Assembly: GCA_047495785.1 (NCBI GenBank)
Contig: JBLDXI010000019.1
Location: forward strand, 1,116,001 to 1,180,000
Direction of reading: 5' to 3'
Source of the DNA: Lepidodermella squamata
Taxonomy: Eukaryota; Animalia; Gastrotricha
Length of the DNA: 64,000 nucleotides
The position numbers were made by a program, and so were the translations under genes. This document shows positions 38,728-52,946 of this stretch, piece after piece. Positions within the stretch are counted from its first letter, which is position 1. The number at the start of each line of letters is the position of its first letter. The notes under the pieces were generated by a model. That model did no database searches, was not told where the DNA came from, and worked only from the letters and a program-made list of their open reading frames with translations.

Positions 38728-40355
38728 ATGGCGTTCCAAGATCTACAGGTGAATTGCAATGAAAGTCAATTTAAAAATTCTAACGTGTTTCCGTGTAGTA
38801 TTTGTCTGGTTTCGGTAACGAGTTTGCCACTGAGGATGCACGCTGTCCCGGTGCCTTGCCAGTTGGACAGGTTAGGAAAGAGTTGCCACCAGTTTCGATG
38901 AGTATTTGAGTTGTCAGCATTTGACAGAATAGCCCTCAAGTGTGCCCTTACGGGTTGTATGCTGAGCAGCTGAGCGGATCGGCTTTCACCTGCCCGCGTG
39001 AGACAAATAAACGCACCTGGCTATACCGCATCCGCCCGTCTGTCATTCACGCCCCATTTAGCCGGCTACCAAATGAGTACGCACATGTTTTGAATACGTG
39101 GGAAGACTCAACAACGCCTAACCAGACGCGCTGGAAGCCATTTGACATCCCACCGAAGGGTGACGGTCATCCTGATGTTGATTTCGTCCAAGGTCTGCAC
39201 ACCATATGCGGCGCGGGTGAGCCAAAATCACGCAATGGAATCGCAATTTACGTGTACACTTGCAATTCATCGATGGGCGATTCTTGTTTGTACAATTCTG
39301 ATGGCGATTTTTTGATCGTGCCTCAACAGGGAGCTTTAAATATCACAACTGAAATGGGAAAAATGGTCGTTGAGCCGAATGAAATATGTGTGATTCCACA
39401 AGGCATTCGATTTAACATTGAAGTCTCAGGAGAAAGTCGAGGTTACGTTTTGGAGGTTTTCGGCTGCCATTTTGTCCTGCCGGGTCTTGGCCCGATTGGC
39501 GCGAATGGCTTGGCCAACCCTCGTGACTTTCTCACCCCCGTCGCCTGGTACGAAGACCGCGACAACCTGGCTAAATATCGAATTGTTACAAAATATCAAG
39601 GCGCGTTGTACGAGGCGGTTCAAAGCCACTCGCCGTTTGATGTTGTAGCCTGGCATGGAAATTACGCCCCGTACAAGTACAACCTCGCCAACTTCTGCGT
39701 CGCTAATTTCGTGTCATTCGACCATGCCGATCCTTCGATTTTCACCGTTTTGACTGCGCCATCGGTTAAACCTGGTGTGGCTGTTGCTGATTTTGTCATT
39801 TTCCCGCCACGGTGGGGCGTTGCTGAACACACTTTCCGTCCACCTTATTACCACCGTGCGTTTCTTTAGAATTTGTTTCAATATTATTAGAATTTGATAA
39901 GGCCAATTTTCATTTTTTTCAATGATGTAATGATTTTATATTATTCGGTCATTTTAATTACTGATTTTTAAGGTAGCTCAAGTATACAGTTTTCTTATTT
40001 GATCAATTATTGGCATTAATTGAGATTTTTGATTACAGGTAACTGCATGAGTGAGTTTATGGGTCTGATCTACGGTAGCTATGAAGCGAAAGAGGGCGGA
40101 TTTCAGCCTGGCGGCGCGTCGCTTCACAGCATGATGACCCCACACGGCCCGGACAGCGAGTGTTTTGAGAAGGCGTCGCGCGACGATTTGCAGCCGCGTC
40201 GCATAGCCCATGGCACGATGTCATTCATGTTTGAGTCTTCATTCAGCATGGCCGTTACGAAATGGGCCGCTGATACAAAAATCGACCCGGTCTACTACAA
40301 ATGCTGGCAGCCGTTGAAGAAGTACTTCACTGGAAAACGCGACGTCACAATTTAA
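38728..40355 (+). CDS. HGD: Homogentisate 1,2-dioxygenase (4 exons)
   Basis: MAFQDLQ|[15 protein letters not shown]|[28 protein letters not shown]|[23 protein letters not shown], including the Fe-ligand motifs. Confidence 0.97.
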
Positions 40356-40970
40356 AAGTTGTTCGACTGCGTTTTTCGAAAAACTTGAAAACTGAAAAAA
40401 CTATTTTTCCGAAAATCGGTGCAATTTTTCATCTCAAGCCTTCATCTTCCTTATATGCTAGATTTATTTTTCTAAAAGCTGATTAAATAATTAGCGGTTG
40501 TGGTCATGCTAGCTACTAACTATTAAAATGATGCAAAAAGTATTATTTTCAAAGGCCGAATTTTGTTGATTACCGCGATTATTGATATCTGTGATGTTAA
40601 ACTCCCCCTTTTCTTCTACCGATAGAAGTAGAGAAAGCTGCTAAAACATCGAATTGCGCAATATTTGCCGGTGTAAATGGTGATTATTAAACATGCAATA
40701 CTCCATATGAAAAGTGAATAAATACATTTATTATGCAAATTTTTTTTTCAATAATTTCTGAGATATTTTCTTTTGTTAATTCCAGTTGTTTGATTCGATC
40801 GCCGCACTTTAATATTATCCATTTGGCGTGATTTTCGTCACGCCAAATTTGAAGCCGAAATTTGACACGCCGAGAGAATTTCATCGGAGCGAAACAGCCG
40901 AAAGCGTCTTTTCAGAACACTAGTCCTATACCTACCTAAAACTCACCTTTATTTTATTGATTTTGCAAAA

Positions 40971-43900
40971 ATGGCCGCAGGCAGTTTGTACTACGTCGAG
41001 CCGAGATCGCGCCAAGTTTTCCGCCTGCTCGGAGACGTTTCGACGGCTGAAGACGCGATGCGTCTCGACCTTATTCAGCCTGATATCGTCTGGCTGAGTG
41101 GCCCAGGCGGCCACGTGTTTGCTAGTCAGCAATTACTCGTGACTAATTCGCAGGAAAAACGGCTGATCTACAAGCAGTCCTCCTCAATGCGCTTCCACCC
41201 GGTGGGAGAAAAAGCGACTGAAAACAACGATGAGAGCACACGCCTGCCTATGTATAAATTCGGCCGGTCGAAGAGTCTTTTCTTTCGGCCGGAACCTGAG
41301 CGCCGCGATCTAGCCTACGTCGAAAGTTTGAAAGCACGCGGAATAGCTGGTGCTAAATTTTCAGTCTCTGAACAAACCCATCAATCCGTGTTGAAAAATC
41401 TCGCGAAATCAAGCCATAATCCTAATTCTCAACGAGAAGTAAACACCGATTTTTCTATACATTTCATTACTATCTAACGTTTCAGATGGAATTATCAGCG
41501 AGTCCTCCTTTAATTGTTTCAAAGTTGGAAACGATGCCACTCAGTCTAAGCCGACGCTCGTCCGATTCAACGCCTCGGAGCAGGTCAAGCTTATCGAAGA
41601 CTTCACTGCCGAAGTTACCCGCAAAAACAGGGAATAAACGCGTGAAATTTCACTTGATTGACGAAGCCGAGCGAAGCAACACTTCGATCGGCATTTCAGA
41701 GAGCGAAATGAAGCCGGAGAACACGCCAATGAACCGCGGAACAACCTGGATTCCGAGCGAATCTTCAAATTTTCTAGCAACCAGCCCGAAAAATTCGCCG
41801 AGAACTCAGGTCGAAATTTCCGATAAAAACGACGTGGGTGACGTAAACAATTTTCCACCGTCCTACTACGAGACGATGGGCTTAAAAATCGGCGATGAAA
41901 TCAGCGATCAACACAGTTTCAGGGATGATTACAACGATGATGATGTGTTGATCGACGAACGGCCGCCTTCGTTATCAGCATCCACTGATCAGTTGAGTGA
42001 AAGCTCCGGCGGTAAAAAGCGGCTCTCCTTAAAAACCGTGGCTAAACTGGTTTTACCGCGGGCGTTCACTAGTGGCGTCAGGGTGCCGAGTCAGGTCACT
42101 CAAGATTTAATGGCACCGCCTCGCAGCAAGTCAGATTTGATCATGCGAAAGTTGAAAGCGGACGAACAAAGAAAATTGGTACATCCCTGTCAGGGGCGGG
42201 TAATGATCGCAGCGTTAACGGGTCAACCACTGGATGAAACAACAAATATTGACGAGCATTTTGAAGATCCGAGAAACGAAATCGACGAGCAAGAGCTGAC
42301 TGACGGTTAGCTTTTTTCCGCGGCGGGTGAATTAAAATTGATGACTCATTTTTTTTATAGAAAAATGGCTTGAAAAACAATGCATCATTCCGGAGCGTGT
42401 TAAAAATACTTGTGCTCGCACGTTTTTTCAAGTATTTCAGCTTTTTTCCTCTCTAACATTGATGTCACGCTAGCAATTTGTTGTAGGTCAACTCGAGTGG
42501 ATCGGAAGAAATCACTCTCGATGAGGTGATGCAGGGCCTACGGTTGCTGAATCCTGACTTGGCCAATAATCAGATGAGCATGTATTACCTAGAAAATGTG
42601 AGTTGACTTTCGCTCAATTTTGCCGTGATTTTCAAAACTTTTTCCTCAGATTTGTAATTCCATCGGAATTTATCTAAATGACGCGCAACGGGAGAAATTT
42701 GGCATGAACTTGGCCAATTTTACGATTGTCGGCGCTGTTGCTATGCGCATCGCTCAAATAAAGTAAGCCATAAAAGCTTATCGTCGCGTTGCGTCATCGT
42801 AAAAGCGTGATTCATTAGCAAGGGGGTGGAGCTTAGGACGCGCGCCAAACTGGGTCTGCCTGGTATGGTGCATATGCAGATTAGCGACCTGGCTGGCAGT
42901 GTGCGCAGTCGAGAACGCGCCCAAAAATTTTTTCAAAATTTAGTTATCGCTTCTCGGCCTTTTTGGCTATGATCAAAGTGTAGTATCTGTTCTTTGTAGT
43001 TTAATATCTACAACGGCCTCCATGTGGGGCCTACGATATTAGCCCTATTTTTGGCTAGCCGGGCGGGAGCAGCCAGCTTGCTGGACCCCGTCCACGAGTC
43101 GGCCCGGTATTGCAGTACCTCCGGGATTCGGCTCACCCCCTGAAATACGGGGGAATGAAACTAAAGAAAAAATACTTCCTAACTTGTAAAAAGTTACCTG
43201 AACGGATCTATGTGCGAAAGCTTTCAAAGGCGCTACGCCTGGATGCCTCAGCCTGAAGGAAAAATTGCAAATAATGATGGTGATAGGTGATAGTAAATGC
43301 TATGTCACTTCATTTGAAACCAGTCTAAGCTGCTGAAAGTTATACCCCTTAGCCATTTTAAAGTTGATACAGGGTGCTCCAAAAGTCCTTGTAGGTCGGT
43401 ACATTAATAACACTATTTAATTCTTTAGAAAATTCAAGATTCCTCTAATAAGATTGTAAACGCCCCCAAATAGTAATTCGACCATGCGGAAAAGGAAAAC
43501 ATATATTTGGGTTGATAAAACCCATTGGTACCTCTCGACGTAACGATCAAACCAGCCTTCCAAGCTTCGAAAGCATTTCCACCCTAATTAGCCCGAAAAC
43601 ATAGGGAAATTGTACATTTGATCGATTATTTTGAATTATATTCATTGCAGAACTATATGGGCTGCAATTATTTACCAAATTGCGAAAAATGACTAGTCCA
43701 ACGTTACGCAATCGAGCGTAATAGACTTGACGCCACCTTCGAACGATTGCGCAATGTTCAACAGTCATACGCACCGTTATCCTTTGAAAGCCTGGGGTGT
43801 CCGTATTTTTAGTCAAAATTATATGTCAAAATGATCGCGGAATAGTAAGGAATCCAAATCTATGCCAACTATAACTCTATTCACTACAACCATGATGCAA

Positions 43901-44774
43901 TACAAGCAATTGTTACCTACAAGGACTTTTGGAGCACCCTGTATGAATGCGGTATGCATAGTGCTTAAGACTGGGATTTATTTTATTCAGTTCATTATTT
44001 TTGAGACGAGTATTGAGAAATTATCGTTAAGTTACCCAAGTAATATATTATGAGGACTAAATATAAAATGTCCTTTCCATGCACATCAATTTATAACAAA
44101 AAAAATAAAAATTGAAAAAGTGAAATGAAAAATTTTGGAGGATACGGGCGTCGATCCCGTTACCTCTCGCATGCTAAGCGAGCGCTCTACCATTTGAGCT
44201 AATCCCCCTTCGTGCTATAAGGCGCATTTTTTACGCGTATGTTCCTCTGTGTGAGTCAGTTTTTTTCTCGCCAATGGAGGATGTATTTTTTATATTATTA
44301 TTGATTGCGCGCGTAATATAAAATCGACGCTGTGTGCGCACTTCTAAAATGCCGCTTTTTACCCTTATTATTCACCATGCAGTGAAGGTTTGAAGACATT
44401 TCTGTCTGCCAAATTGCGGTATCACGATATTGACAACGTGCTCTCCAAACTCAGAGTAAGAGTGTATTTTTTATTAAAAAAATCTCATGAATTTACGTCA
44501 TTTTAGGCTTTATGGCTGGTGTGTCGCGACCATCGTACCGACCGCGTGGGGCCTGAAAAACTACAAGGTAGCGTGTCAGAAAATTCAAAGAAATAAATAA
44601 CATGAAATTGAATCCAAAACAGTTCTTTTAAGAGCTGCGTGCTTCAACCCAATGAGCCGCCAGTTGACCAGGATCAAATTCCCGAACGGCATCGACTTCA
44701 TCGATTTCCTCGCCTATTCTCCTCTATTCCTTTTCATCCACCGCGCAATTATCGACAACCCGTTAACTTTCTGA
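40971..44774 (+). CDS. Uncharacterised multi-exon protein, disordered N-half, degenerate EF-hand-like C-terminus
   Basis: Exons 40971-41437, 41486-42305 and further small exons to 42762. After a ~1.6-kb intron, exons 44382-44774 end GIDFIDFLAYSPLFLFIHRAIIDNPLTF*. Confidence 0.6.
42946..43138 (+). ncRNA. U2: U2 spliceosomal snRNA
   Basis: 5' ATCGCTTCTCGGCCTTTTTGGCT, branch-point pairing GTGTAGTATCTGTTCTT, Sm site ATTTTTG, stem-loop IV loop ATTGCAGTACC. Confidence 0.97.
43370..43941. mobile_element. Non-autonomous Tc1/mariner-type DNA transposon (MITE), 572 bp
   Basis: Perfect 27-bp TIRs CAGGGTGCTCCAAAAGTCCTTGTAGGT (43370-43396) and its reverse complement (43915-43941), flanked by TA on both sides; no transposase ORF. 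Confidence 0.9.
44136..44208 (-). tRNA. tRNA-Ala(AGC)
   Basis: GGGGGATTAGCTCAAATGGTAGAGCGCTCGCTTAGCATGCGAGAGGTAACGGGATCGACGCCCGTATCCTCCA folds as a cloverleaf with anticodon AGC and a G3:U70 pair; downstream T-run. Confidence 0.96.
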
Positions 44775-46029
44775 ATGACACAAGTTTTTTCAACGCAAAA
44801 TGATATTTATTTTATTTTTCTTCATTTGCGACACGTGAGTGGGTGTATATATTTTTCGAATCGTTCCATTTCTGACGACGCGAATTATTTCGGAGATGGA
44901 CGCCAAAAATTGGATGATTATAATAAAAGAAAAATGGCTGAAAGTGTAGTAAAACTGACAAACCACCACACCGTTCCTCTTCAAAAAAAAATAGCCACTA
45001 CTACGACAGTCAACAGTCCATTAAATAGTCAGCATTTCGGCTATCAAATAAATCGTGCTAGCAAGTGGAACTAGGAGCATGAGACAGAAAGTCGTTATTC
45101 GAGAAAATTGAGGAGGAGAAAGATAAAGTGTTCTTATTTACGACCTGAATTTTAACGATTACTTTACAAAAGACACTCGAAACAATTGAAGACGCACTAG
45201 AATAGATCTGACACAGGTATCCGTGAAATTAATCTGCATTTAAAACAGCGCATGTTTATGCTGAACAAGTTACATCGAGTAAAATAGAAAAGAAAAAATC
45301 GGTATGATTGCAGGTAAGTTTACAAAATCAAAAGTAGGATTGGATAGATTGTTGCAACTAATGTTTTTTTCGCTTAGTTTCGAATGCATATCAACAGAGG
45401 TAGTAGCAGCCGTAATGAGAAAATGCAGGGCGAATTTAAAGTGAGAATTAGCAATGCTAAATAGTATAGCTCTCAAATAATGAAACACGCAGATAGAAAT
45501 GAAATTTCAGTTTTTTATTTCAAATATCGAACGCAGATAAATTCACGTGATACTTTTTCACTTGTGCATCAGGAAAAGACGACTGAGGAATTTATGCGAC
45601 CACAATCTACAGGTGAAAAAGACAGAAAATAATTTCTCTGATTCACGATCAAGTTCACGATACATCACATTTTTAGCGGTTTCATTACGCAATTTTTTAA
45701 GGCTGAAGGCACGGATAAGAGATCATACATTCGTTGATCCCGTGTTTCGATTTGTCTCAGGATATTTCTAAGTATTTACATACCCTACGATTTATTCGAG
45801 CATCGTGAAAAGCCTACTATAATATATATGCGTTTTTGATAAAATCAACTCAAGTTCAACGAATATTTTTTACACAGAAACAATATTTATGACAGTAATA
45901 ATTTCATAATTTTTTTCATTCGGCATATACCCCAAAAGTTTATTCAATATATTTTGCGGCATATCAACAACCAGTATTATAACCAGATTTTTCTTCTCAG
46001 CTCTTAGCTTTATCGACCAGCTACATTGT

Positions 46030-48908
46030 TCATTTCTTCTCGAAGAGCGACTTCATATCAGCCATGGCTTTCACAATTTGATCGCCCATTCTGCGCGAAA
46101 AAAAACACACAAGTTTAAGGATTTTTTTAATAAAATTGAATTCACTCACCGTTTCGAGTCAGTTTTAGGACACGACCGCTTTGAAGATACATGGAACATA
46201 ATCTGATCTTCACCGTTGATGATGTAAGACACGCCATAGCCGTCATCGGCAACCGGGCCAAAACCGCCACCGGCTGTGATGAGTTTCGGGTTCTTGCGCA
46301 GATCCAACAAATCAGTCTGCTGGCTAGGCGTTTGCGATGTAGACAAGCGCCATGGTTCAGAGATTGCTTTCTTCAAAAACGGCGAGTCGACGCCCAACCA
46401 ACGCGACACAACGTAGAGCGTGAATAAATGACGATCAACACCCTGACCAGCCATCGCCGCCTTGTACAAATTCTGGTGGTTCTTACCAGATTCGACTAAC
46501 AACGCGATTTTTTCTTCATTAGTCTTCGAAGAGTCATCCATGGACCGGACGAAAGCGCACGAATGATTCGAGCAAGATCGGACGGTTTCAGTACGGCCCT
46601 CGCGGTACATGCGGGTCATCGATGACTCATAGGTCAGGCAGAAACGACCCTGGTCGCGGTACTGAGCCAGTTGTAAGGCGGTCTGGATGAACGCGTCCGG
46701 GGAAATGTGGCACTTCTTAATGAAACCTTTACCGAACTCGAAGTGCGGAACCAGGTGCAGATCGGTGTCCTGGGCCAGCGCCTCAGCCTCCTTAAGGCTT
46801 TGGTTAATCACATCCTGGCACGCAGGGACCAAGTTCCATTGCAGGCGAATCGGTGGGCGAATGACAGTGGGTGATTTCTCGACGCCCGTGCAGTGGCCAT
46901 CAGCCGCGTACTTGATAATGTGGCAATCGTGGGCGAGGATGTACTCCCACAGATGGCCCATGATAGGCGCATCAGCCCACGAATGTTCGCCGTTGAAGCC
47001 GACAGCCGCGTTTTTGCCAATGCAGAATGTGAACGACTTGTCGAACCACCGGTCGTAGCACCGGCCGTGCAACATCGCGCGGGCCCACTTGTCCAGTTGC
47101 GTGTAGTCGTCTTTATCGTATCGGTATTCGTCGTCATCCAGAGAGACGACGAAAGCAGCGTGTTCGACATCTCGCAGCGACTGGCGGTTGATGCCCTCGG
47201 AGAAGTAGAACTTGCGCGCAATCGCCCAGGGCGTGCGGCTTCCGGCGGTCAAGGCGGCCAGGTGCTTTTCGCCGTCGACTGGTTTCGATGGGTCGTCGAT
47301 GATCGCTTGGAAGATGCGTTCGAGCTCGATCGGTTGCAGGAGACGGCCGCCGGAGTAGACGACCACCTTGAAGTAGCGACCGGCGTGCATAACGACAATG
47401 TGGCGAGAGTCTTCATGGTGAACGATGATATCTGAAAAAATATTACGCAATAAAAAATTGTCCGATCTTAATTCATCAGCCATCTTAAAATTTCAAATTT
47501 TATTCGCCCCAATAAAAATACGGTAATGGAGAAAATATGCAAATTTTCGGCAAAATCGATGGGACACGTAAGGAAAATGGGAATAAAATAAATTACCGGT
47601 TTCCTCTCCTGGTACGCGGGTAGTGTTGAACTGGCGTTCGTATTGCCACGAGCAGAGCGGAATGCTGTTGCTGGCGTAGATCGGTTTGACCTGTTCACGG
47701 TCGAGCAAGCTGCGGTATTTCAGCGCGAAGTAGGTGATGTTGGCAGCACGAGCAGCCTGGATATGCGTCGGCGTGAAGAAGAGCATGTCCAAGCCGTAGA
47801 AGTTGCTGTTGACCATGATGGGGCTGCGACCCTTAAGGTAGACGTACTGCTCCCACCAGTCGGATACGTAATTCGTCGATGTCAGCCACTTGAGCCACAG
47901 GTAGCGCTGCAGTTTGGGTCCGATGCCGCGGCGGAAATCTTCGGCAATTTTCTTAATCTCAGCCATTTCAGATTCTGAGTGCAGCGGTTCGATTGACTTC
48001 AAATACTGCAAAGAAAAATAGATTGAATACTCAAATTTATCTGAATTGAAAATTTCTAGGCAGCGAAATTATCATTTTTGAATTAAGCAACTTCATTCAT
48101 TTCTGATCAGCTTAATATTTTGTTCCAATTAAACAGGTGCATTTTACCGAACGAGTCAAGTGAAACTTTACAATTTGAGCTTACAATTTCGGCAGCCATA
48201 AAAAATTAACACTAGGATGTGAAGTAGCGTGCTTTTCATAAGAAAACCGCACAATTTCCTCTTATCCAAGAGGTTCTTAATGAATAGCGAAAACCTTACC
48301 CTTTGAACGGTATTGTCGAGCTTTGGGAGTGGCAAGTTTGGCAAAGACCCTTGAAGGCCGAAGAGAAGCGGGCTTCTCTGCGAAATGAACTGGACAACTT
48401 TCTAAAAAATTGAACAACATTGAATAATCGGATATCGCATGACTATCAAACATACCAAATAGGCTTTGTTGAACGCCGAGCCGCGTCCGAACTCGTCGTT
48501 CATCCAGCCCTTGTACGAAAGCAGCCATTTGAACAGTTGTCGGATGAACATTGAAGTGCCGACCCAGACAAGGGTCGAAAATACGACAACAGCCGCGATG
48601 TGGCGGTTGAACTGGTTGAGCAGGCGCACGGGCCGGCACTCGGCGATATAGTCGACCATACCGTAAGATAGGTCGAAGCCGAGAATGGAAAGGGCAAGTA
48701 CGAACAGCACGAATGTAAGCCATTGAACCGGCTTTAGCGGGTACACGCCATTGTGCACGGCGTTGCGAAATTTCAGCAATTTTCGATGAAACGACTTGAC
48801 CAGGTGATGCCAGACGGCTTCGAGTAGAACCCAGTTCAGATTCACATCGAAATCGCCGTCCGGAGTTACGGTAAACGTAAAAGCGACAGCGCTATGGGCT
48901 TCCGCCAT
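46030..48908 (-). CDS. CPT1: Carnitine O-palmitoyltransferase 1
   Basis: [13 protein letters not shown]-terminus, two TM segments, [19 protein letters not shown], catalytic [24 protein letters not shown]; last exon [19 protein letters not shown]. Confidence 0.96.
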
Positions 48909-49002
48909 TTTTGTTTAAAATTTTTCCCTAAAAATACATAATTTTGGTATTAAAGCTTTAATTTATATTAAAAAATGACTGATTCATAATGTTAAACCCG
49001 CT

Positions 49003-50211
49003 TCATACAACTATTTTGTTGAGAATGTACTGTTCTACGTTAACATCTTGAGTCGACCGAATCGATTCGACAAACTCAATCACGTTTAGTTTAAGCACCG
49101 CGGCAGGCGATTGTTCATCATCAGGCGCGAACCGGTGTTTCGCCAGTAATTTGTACACATTCCTCACGACAGCCCATAAATCAGCTCGTTGGAACAACAG
49201 CGGGTGATTAGCAGGCGAGCTCATAGTCAAAATCGTGCACAGCAGCGACAGAGTGGACGAAAACGAACAGCTGATATCTTCAATAGCCAATTCCGAGGCA
49301 GTTTCTTCAGGCAGCAATTTGACAGAAATCGACGCAAGTTTCGACACAACATCGTCTTGTTGCGTGTTGATCAAGGTGGAAAATTCACTTCGAAACTCTT
49401 CAACCGTAGAAATCATGTAGAGAACGTTAATCAGCCGGCAAACTGGTTCTGACGAGGCAGACCATTGCAGTTCACGCAAAGCTTCGAAGATTGAAGAGAC
49501 GAATTGAGAACTGGCAGCGTATTGGTACAAAAATCGACCGACATTTCCACACAGAATTTCGAGAAGTTTTGTAACATCAAGCAGCAACTGTTCGTTCTTG
49601 CAGCTTTTCAACACAAATGCGAACCAATCTGGTAGCGAGAACTCATCTTCTTCATCCGTCAAGTTCAAATCGAGAAGGAAATCTTCCCAACCCGGTGAGT
49701 TAGATGGGTCGCAGTGTAGGCATGCGTTCAAAAGCCGGCATGATTGAATCAAAACTTCAGAATCTGTCGTGAACTTTGAGAAGATGCCAACAACGCCTTG
49801 CCGATAGAAGTCATTCGTCGCGATTTCATCAGCCAAGCCAGAGTCTGGTATCGACACAACGTTAGCCAATACGCCGAGTGAAATTTCAACGAAACGAGCT
49901 TTCGAACCAGGGTCGGCGCTCAAACAAGCAGGTAACAGAATGTCAATGACTTGATTTTCAGCGAGATAACACGCAACAGGTGATTCAGTCGAAACGTCCC
50001 ATAGCTTAACGAGAAAGTCGTCGAGTTCGTCTTCATCTGGATGCTCTTCGGCCAATTGTTTATCGCCCTCCAGCGCTTTGACGAGTTGAACCAGCATGTC
50101 GAGAACCCAGGCTTTTGTGTACAAAGTTCCTTTCACCGCACCGATCGCCTCGCCATCCTCCTTTTCCGCGCCAGGCGGTGCTTCGGGGTTAGTAGTCATT
50201 TCAACATCCAT
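49003..50211 (-). CDS. SAAL1: SAAL1-like ARM protein (single exon)
   Basis: GTLYTKAWVL..LVKLWDVSTESPVACYL..RFVEISLGVLANV matches the recalled SAAL1 N-terminal pattern. Confidence 0.8.
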   Translation of the reverse strand: MDVEMTTNPEAPPGAEKEDGEAIGAVKGTLYTKAWVLDMLVQLVKALEGDKQLAEEHPDEDELDDFLVKLWDVSTESPVACYLAENQVIDILLPACLSADPGSKARFVEISLGVLANVVSIPDSGLADEIATNDFYRQGVVGIFSKFTTDSEVLIQSCRLLNACLHCDPSNSPGWEDFLLDLNLTDEEDEFSLPDWFAFVLKSCKNEQLLLDVTKLLEILCGNVGRFLYQYAASSQFVSSIFEALRELQWSASSEPVCRLINVLYMISTVEEFRSEFSTLINTQQDDVVSKLASISVKLLPEETASELAIEDISCSFSSTLSLLCTILTMSSPANHPLLFQRADLWAVVRNVYKLLAKHRFAPDDEQSPAAVLKLNVIEFVESIRSTQDVNVEQYILNKIVV

Positions 50212-50529
50212 CTCTCAACAATAATCGACTAACAAATAACAATTAATGTGGATTTTTCATTACCGAGATTTGAGATAGATTAAAACAACGCGAAATAGTC
50301 AGACACCGAATAAGATAATCGCAGCAGATCAGTCTAAAATTGAGCAGCTACAAGTAAAAATTGCATAAAATGGCAAGCGATGTAAAATTCAGCACAACGG
50401 CGTATTTTGATTCTTTTTAAAACTGAGATAGAAGATAATATAACTAGAATAAAAATAACGACTGGAAGAGTGAAGTAAAAATTGAGACTCGATCATGCGT
50501 TAAAAGTCAGTTGTTTCTTCGTCGAAAAA

Positions 50530-52946
50530 TTAGGTAAGCTTTTCAGTCGGCTTTTGGATAAACGAAGATAGGACTGAGATTTCCGTCTGTAATTCTTGCA
50601 TAGGTAGCGCTTCGCCAGCCGCGTTGTACTCGTCGTCCGATTCGTCATCGTAATCGTTACCAGTCAATGGCATTTGGCTGTTTGTAGCTTCCTGGCTGCG
50701 GGAAGACAATACTACCGAAATTCCGGCTTTCGGCGAGGCAGGTGCGTACAGGACGAGCAAAGCTGCGACGTACAAATTCCACATGCCGTAGACACCGGTC
50801 ATAAACGCGGCTGTGTATTGCAGACGAGGGGCGTAGTGCTGCTCCGGCTGGTTGCCCTCTTGATTCGCAGTAGACGTTTCGGTAGAAGAATTCGGCCATT
50901 TCCAGTCAGACTCCGCCAGTTGGCCTAAATACAAAATAAATTGATGATACCTATTGGTAAATAATGCCTCTAGCGCATTTAAGGGTCGTTAAAATTGAAT
51001 TCCTCGATTCTAACAAAGTGAGATGTTCAGCACCAAACAGGCACCAAAATTGAGCAGCCAATTTCTAAGCGGTGGATCGACTAGATCTCACCCTATTTAA
51101 CAATGCCTAAATATGCCATACTCTTTACTATATTTTGGCATTGCTAAAGCGCCCACTATATTCAGGGAGATTTTGATTAAATTAAACCAAAACGTGTTAA
51201 ACACATGAAATCACCCACATAGAAAAGGGTCTAGCAATTACAATAGATAAGTAATGAACTTTAGATTATAAGAAAATAAATGTTCATTTTTTGACCGCAG
51301 TCTCTGTTACCATACGAAAAATGTCTCTACCGAATGAATCATCACAACATTTCTTGTCCACATATCGAGGTCAAACTAAATACACGAACTGACAACGCAA
51401 TAAAAAAGAGGGTTTATCTCAACTTGATATGCTAGACCGCGCTAACTACAACTCTAATTTAAATAAGGCCAAGTCTACGGATTAATTCATATAATTATTA
51501 TCATATCATGGGCTTACCTAAGATGAAGAAAGCCAATGATAGACCAGCGGCGGCAAGAGTCAGGCCCATGACGAACGAAAATCGGAAAACCAGTCGAGCA
51601 TAGCGTTTATTCCTGAGCGCGGCAGCGGGTGATGATCCAGATGAAAGCGCAGCTTCCTTCAACGCCCGCCTTTTCGCCAAAATATTACGAAGCACCCGAA
51701 CAATATAGACGGCCAGGGTCATGAAGTAGGCGACACAAGCGACGCCGGCCAGGATAACGCAGGCCATGGCGAGTTGGCTTAGACGAGGGCTGGTCCAGAC
51801 GGAGAAAAACGGGTCCGATAGGTGAACGCCTCGCTCGGCCAGGTCAAAGGCGAACAGGCAAATCGAGGCAACAGCGACGGCCGTCAATTCGCGCCAGTAG
51901 GCAAGCAGCGACCCGCGACGACGTGTATCAGTCGAGTCCATCAAATGCTCACCAGCGAAAACGAGCCAGAACGCCATCAAAAACGTATAGAACGCACCCT
52001 GGCGCACGTCTGAATAGAAAATCATGAATGGCGTGTTGATGAATAGCGAAAACCAATCGACGGGTAGATTTAGTATCGAGATAGCCACGCCCAATGCGAG
52101 CAACATTCGTTGTAGCAAATTGATCCTAGGACCTCGAATTGAAGTTGCGATCCACACGCGCCTCGACGCCCAGGCCAAACACAGAAGATTCAAAAGACAT
52201 AGAGCGGTCTTCAGACCCCAAAAAACCGCAGTAAAACCGCCCGTTGGATGAATCAGATGCAGGTTCATACCCATCAATTGGCCCAATTTCCAGTCTTTCG
52301 TCTCGGGGATGCGAATATTCACGGTATAGTAGTCGTAATAGACCGAACCCTGCTCGAAAAGTGGGATCAAATCGCAGTCATAGGGCCAACCCGGCTCTTC
52401 GCGGTCGATTTGGCAGTAAACCGGCCGCTGAGATGCGAGGGAGTCGTCTTTCGAAACAGTCCGCCCCAATTCAACCCAGTCTTTCGAATCAGCCATTCGA
52501 CCGCCGAGTCTAGCGTCCATGCGAAGTAGAGCGCCCTCGTGAAATTTGTTGTTATTTTGATACAAAATATCGAGAGACATTATTCCGATCATGTATTGAA
52601 ACCACCGGGACATTTTCAGGCGGACGCCATCTCGGGGTAGCGGGAATTCGAAGACGAAATTCACGTCCTCTGCGGTTAGATTTCCGTAGACATCACTCGC
52701 CTCTTTTGTGTCTCCAAAGACCTTGCAGCGAGTCGAAGGGTCGACAGCAGTGAACCATTTAGACGGGTCGCGACCTGAGCGGGGCGCGCGAACGTCGATG
52801 CAAATCGAGGCCGAAACCGTTTGAACCATATTTGGATTCGGTGAGATCAGGCCACCGAGAAGGAAACACGCCAGTTCGACAGCGGCCAAAAACACTAGAA
52901 AGGCCGTTAGACGGCGATTACTCCACGTTTCCAAAACGATAGCCAT
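50530..52946 (-). CDS. WLS: Wntless (Wnt secretion factor), 2 exons
   Basis: LKMSRWFQYM, YDCDLIPLFEQGSVYYDYY, GGFTAVFWGLKT, SDVRQGAFY, FDLAERGVHLSDPFFSVW, AFMTGVYGMWNLYV. Confidence 0.96.

Noticed and set aside
46191-47978. Long antisense and alternate-frame ORFs over CPT1
   Set aside because: Shadows of GC3-rich coding sequence.
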